In this document: positions 58,877 to 64,000 of the stretch, in pieces
Layout of the letters: each line of letters begins with the position of its first letter
Numbering within the stretch: position 1 is the stretch's first letter
Origin: the human T2T-CHM13v2.0 reference genome, Homo sapiens
Length of the DNA: 64,000 nucleotides
Reading direction: 5' to 3' (one strand)
Assembly (NCBI RefSeq): GCF_009914755.1
Contig: NC_060940.1
Notes under the pieces: generated by a model
Seen by the model: the letters and a program-made list of their open reading frames with translations, nothing else
Databases searched by the model: none
What the model was told of the DNA's origin: nothing
Position numbers and translations under genes: made by a program

Positions 58877-59155
58877 TATTTTTATTTCTATTTTTTTATA
58901 GATAGGGTCTCACTCTGTTGCCCAGACTGGAGTGCAGTGGCACAATCATGGTTCACTGCAGCCTCAAACTCCTGGGTTCAAGTGATCCTCCCGCCTCAGG
59001 CTCCTGAGTAGCTGGGACTACAGGCCTGCACCACCATGCCCAGCTAATCTTTAAATTTTCTGTAGAGACAAGGTCTTGCCATGTTGCCCAGGCTGGTCTT
59101 GAACCCCTGGCCTCAAGCAATCCTCGCACCTCAGCCTCTCAATGTGTTGGGATTG
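58877..59155 (-). mobile_element. Alu (AluJ-like)
   Basis: Reverse-complement Alu consensus. Confidence 0.92.
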
Positions 59156-59439
59156 CCTATTTTTATTTTTTAATATAACAATAGATCCCCATAGTTTTCT
59201 GAAGAGGCTCTTTCAAGAGCTTCAGGTCTTATGAGGCTGCAGGGATCCTAGCATCTGAGAAGCCAGTGGGGGAAAGATGGACAATAGAGAGGGCCTCTTC
59301 AGTGTTTTTCCTTTAATGAGGGTTTGATCCCCTCAATGACAGCATCAGGATTGGAGAGGACCCAGTGCATCATTACCAAGCCCAAGTTGCCTTTGCAAAG
59401 AGAACCACCCCATAAGGATGAGAACCACCCCAAACCTTC

Positions 59440-59800
59440 TTGTCTGGAGTCAGAAGGCTCAGGCTGAAATTCTGTTTCTGCCTCTTCCTTGTGGTGTGCA
59501 CTTAGGCAAGTGACTTACCTCTCTGTGTGTTGTGTTCTTCACCCTAAATGGGCACAATAACAGCACCCACCTCAAACGGCCTGCAATATGTAAGCTCTCA
59601 GATGATGTTTTCCTTTGTGATAGGTGCATGGGCAGGTGAAGAGAGTCAAACATCAGGCCCAGGGTTCTCACTCCACTGCATTACTCCATCTACCTGCCCA
59701 CGGATAAATCACTTCACCGTTCTGAGCCTCACTTTCTTCATTTGTTAAGTGGGCTAATAATGGATGGATGTCATAGTGCTGTGTAACAGTAAACAACAAC
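59440..59800 (+). mobile_element. MIR fragments
   Basis: CTGGAGTCAGA...GGCAAGTGACTTACCTCTCTG, and CTGAGCCTCACTTTCTTCATTTG. Confidence 0.6.
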
Positions 59801-62454
59801 ATGCCATTAAACAGAAGCTAGTTATGCATGTGGAGTAATGATGTCTGCATTTTTGGGGACTGCCAAGTCTGATAAGATTGAAGAGCATCTCAGCTGGGCA
59901 CGGTAGCTCATGCCTGTAATCCCAGCACTTGGGGAGGCTGAGGCGATGCTCTGTGTCTGATAGGGGTTAAGGAAGTCATCACTCCCATCTGGTCTATCAA
60001 AAGGGCTGCAAAACTATGCAGGCAAACGACCTGGGCACTGCCTTTATCGAGCTGTGCAGCCATTGAACAAGGGCATCCAACTTCACCAAACTAGGAAAGC
60101 CTGCATGTGCACATCCATCTCTGCTGTTGGGATTGGGGCCTATGCCTGTTCCCATTCTGTATGCTGTGTGCTTGACACAGTGCCTGGTGCATTACGTGCT
60201 CAAGAAATATGTATTGATTGATGGATGAATAAATGAAATCATCTGCATCCGTGGATGAATAGATGGTCAATTACATTGTCAATTTTCTACCCTGTGGGTG
60301 GAGTGGAAAAAGCAGTCAGAATCTTGGTCCTTTTGCAAATGGTGGAAAAGGACAATATTTGTAGAGTGTGTACAGACTTTGCAGTCAGAGCCATGTTCAA
60401 TTCTCAATATTGCCGTATCTTAGCAGTGAGCTTATTCAAACGTCAGTTTAAGAAAATGTGCTAACCTTCAGCTTCCTCATCTGTAAAATGAGGATAAAAA
60501 TATTGCCTCCTTTATAAAATTATTGTGTAGATGCTATAAATTTGTACATGCCAGGGCCTGGCATGTTACCAAATAGAAGGTGGTAGAATGGAAATGAATC
60601 TCCTTCTTACTTCCCCTCTGCACTACACAGATTTCAAGGATATTGTTTTATACCCAGCCAAGTCTGAAGCACTGGAAGTGGATCCGATCTTTTACCTAAC
60701 TCTAGCATTGATGTTTTTTATTCTGTTGAAGGCATCAATATTTGTTCAATAGTATAAATCTTAAATAAACATCTAAACTACATATTACAGATGATGAAAG
60801 TCATTTCTGCACAGAAGATTATCTCACATGATCATGTTTCCTTTGTTATCTGAGGCCTCTGTAGTTGGCAAATCTCTGCAGCTACTTAAATGATAACATT
60901 AGTCCTAATGCCATGTAAAATGACTAGTTCCTCAGGGTAGGTTTATTTTTAATAGTGTATGTCAGCAGCAAATAGCTTGGAAGACCCCAGAGGAAAAAGC
61001 ACAGCTCAGGCTCTCACTGAAGCGATGATGTAGATATATTTAATATCTATATTAAAAACCTTTTAGGTGCCATGGTGATATTGAATTGGATAGTTAGGCG
61101 TGTGCAGGGAAAATCCTGGGCTGTTTATAGAGCATGATGGAGTGTGCATTCTAGAAACCATTTGAGGTTCTTCAAAGTCAAATTTGGGCCTCAAAAATCT
61201 TTGAGAGACATTTGACCCCAGTAGTAAAATACTCTGAAATACAAGCTGGGAGAATAAAATCACCTCCTTTTCTCTTTCTTGATATGCCCGTTGATAAATT
61301 TGCTGCGCTATTAAAATGTTTAATCACTTGCCTCCAGCAAGAGCAAGCTTCTGTCTGAAGTTGCAATTTATTAGAGTGCCCAGAACATACTTGCTGTTTA
61401 CCCAAAAGATGGCCAGGGGATTCTTACAGAGAAAACAAACCACAATTTGAAATCAAGCATAGAGTGGCAGATGAATGGATTGAAGGCTAAAATTATTTTG
61501 GAGTTGATTTCAGGGGAGAGATGATAAAACCTGCACTGATTTTCTATCCCAAAGGCACAGGGTTAAATCATACAGTGGCCACAGGTCTGGCCTGTGAGAT
61601 ATCCCTGGGACAGTTGGTAAAAGTGGTGCCTGGCCTGTCTTGGGGAGGGGAGAAGAGGCAGCAGAGGAAAGGGCTGCTTGCTAGAAGCATACCTTCCAAG
61701 AAGAGGCATTTCTCTCTGCTTTAGGGTTTGGTCAGAGAAGCTCAGCCTGGAAGGACAATGAACAGATAGGTGTCTGGTTTCAGCAGAATGCTGTGCCCAA
61801 ACCCTCCTCCCTCCTTCTCTTCTATGGACCTCACTCTGGCCTTTCAGACTCATCCCAGGCAAACTGAGTCATGGGGCAGGGAAATGCCTTCAAGACAGTG
61901 AGCATCATTCAGTTATGGCACCTGAAGGCCTCTTGCTAGTGGCACAACACCATGGACCTAGCCCTTGGAGGAAGTGGAGTGGAGGGGCCCCTTGGAGGGC
62001 CATGGATAATTAACTCCTTCCAGAAACTGGTATCCAGGACTATGCCTCGGAGGGCGCCTACAGATAATGAGCCTACCATCAGGTCACAATTTTCTAAACA
62101 CAGATGTGTAAAGATATAAGGAATTTCCTGTTTATCATCCTGTCTTTGCCTATACAAATTCCTTTTTAAATCTGCATGATTGTATCCCAAACCGGGTTAT
62201 AAAGAATAGCAGATATTCTGGCAGAAAAGAATACTACGGCTTAATAAATTTGGGAAATACTGCATGCCTTGAATCACCAGATACAATGGCATATTAATGA
62301 CTCTCCTATGTCCTGAACTGAAAAACTAGCAAACGAAACTGGTTTCACTCTGTTTCCCCCAGTGTTTCTTCAAATAGTTTGGCTATGAACTGCTTTCTTC
62401 ACAGAACAGCTATCATCATCTTACCTTTGTGGAAGGCAGTTTGAGAATTGCTGT

Positions 62455-63030
62455 GTTACGGTAGGCAGAATTCTAAAAATGCCCTTGTTTCCCCCAAGAT
62501 TCTCCTCTTCTGTTGACTCAATTGAACATTAACACAAATGCTGCTGAGAGGGAATTTTGCAGATGCAAATAAAGCCCTAAGTAAATCGACTTTAAAATGT
62601 GGAGAGTATCTGGGTGAACCTGACCCAATCAGGTGACCTCTTAATTGAAAAGGTGAGGATTTGATGTTCCTTCTGTGGCTTTGAAGGTGGAGGGAACCCC
62701 ATGAGAAGGAATATGAGCAGCCTGGAGAGGCCGAGACCAACCCCAACCCCCAGCTGACAGTGACAAAATGTGGATGTCAGACCTGAAGCCACAAGGAACA
62801 GGATTCTGTCAACAACTGTAAAAAATTGGAAGCAGAATATTTCCCAAATCCCCCAGATAAGAACCCAGTTGGCTGACACTTTGATGTTGGCCTTGTGAGA
62901 CTCTGAGCAGAGTCCAGGTGAGACTGCCTGGACTTCTGACCTATAGAATCGTGGGATATTAAATGGATGTTGTTTTAAGCTGCTAAATTTGTGGTAATTC
63001 ATTTCGCAACAACAGAAAACTACTACATAC
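62455..63030 (+). mobile_element. MaLR LTR (MLT1E/F-like)
   Basis: GGTAGGCAGAATTCTAA...GGGAATTTTGCAGATG...GCCTTGTGAGACTCTGAGCAGAG...TTTTAAGCTGCTAAATTTGTGGTAAT. Confidence 0.8.
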
Positions 63031-63906
63031 TGATTCAGAGAAATCAAAACAGAAGTGGTACACTCTTCTCTACCCTTTTACATTCACAAGGTGTTTCCAA
63101 TGTAACACTCATATATGGTGAGGGCAGTTGTCTCTCTTTTTACAGGTGATGATATAGACTCAGAGAGATTAAGTTACTTGCCCAGGACACTCATCCAGGA
63201 AATGGGGGAAGAGGACTTGAATGGGCTTTTTTGTGTGTGAGTTAGGATGGGGTGGGGGCGTGTTTCCTTTACTGTCTTTTGCATTCAAATAGGAAAAGGC
63301 ATTTGGAGAGACTGCAATTGGGAGCTTGCAAAGGAGGATGAAAAAAAAAAAATTCAGGGAAGAACACATCAAGCAGCAAGTTCAACTGCTTCATCAGAGA
63401 GGTCCTTTCTTTCATCTCTTGTGTCTGAGCAGAAAAGCTGTTAGAAAAAGGACCTACAGCTGTGAGCCAGTGACAATGTGTGGGGGCAGGGTCTTATGAG
63501 GCCACCGGAAGTGGGCTGCTGGGATGCTTTATATGGACAACTAAGGGCGAAGACACGCAGGCCTGTAATATCAAGAGAAACAGTGTTTGCAGGCTGACCT
63601 CCCAGATGGGTGGTTTGCAGAGGTGGGGCTGCCTGCATAATTAATCAGCTCTAGCTTTCTTCGCCACAACTAGCATTCCTACCTGTACCCATAGCCCTTA
63701 AGGGGCCCCTCACTCAGTGTCATGGAGCAGCACAAGTCATCTGGGACCACTCCCCACTAACCCCCACGGACAGAAGTGGAGACTGAAGCCCAGAAAAGGA
63801 ACAGGACTTCCTCAAGGTCACAGTCAAGGATCCCCTAACATATGACAATTCTCTGTGGTGGTTAGTGATGGCTTCCTGATGAGCCAGTGTTCATTACTGA
63901 GCAAAT

Positions 63907-63940
63907 TGTGTGTGTGTGTGTGTATGTGTGTGTGTGTGTG
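63907..63940. repeat. (TG)n microsatellite
   Basis: Read directly from the sequence. Confidence 0.9.
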
Positions 63941-64000
63941 TTTTGTGTCCAGTATGAAAGTCAGAACTGTGAAGTGTTACTATTGTCCTAATAATAATAG

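Overview
This is human genomic DNA containing the complete SALL1 gene (spalt-like C2H2 zinc-finger transcription factor, Townes-Brocks syndrome gene, known location 16q12.1) on the minus strand. It has three coding exons (33040-33115, 20548-24005, 18968-19408) joined by GT-AG introns. They total 3975 nt, or 1324 aa plus stop, and are followed by a ~1.1 kb 3'UTR. The gene sits in a ~27 kb stretch with no recognisable Alu, L1 or LTR. That stretch has a large promoter CpG-island domain (~31.3-38.4 kb) and a second island just past the 3' end (~16.1-17.1 kb). The flanks are ordinary intergenic DNA rich in Alu, MIR, L2, MER and MaLR/ERV LTR elements. No other protein-coding gene, tRNA/rRNA gene or CRISPR array is supported, and I see no evidence of a wholly new biological system. 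The best unexplained signals are RNA-processing ones: a strongly defined 37-nt exon downstream of the poly(A) site, a textbook 95-nt antisense intron inside intron 1, a divergent-strand acceptor with a ~195-nt AG-exclusion zone, and a 74-aa overlapping uORF that skips the NuRD-binding N-terminus. Repeat subfamily names are by-eye calls and need RepeatMasker.
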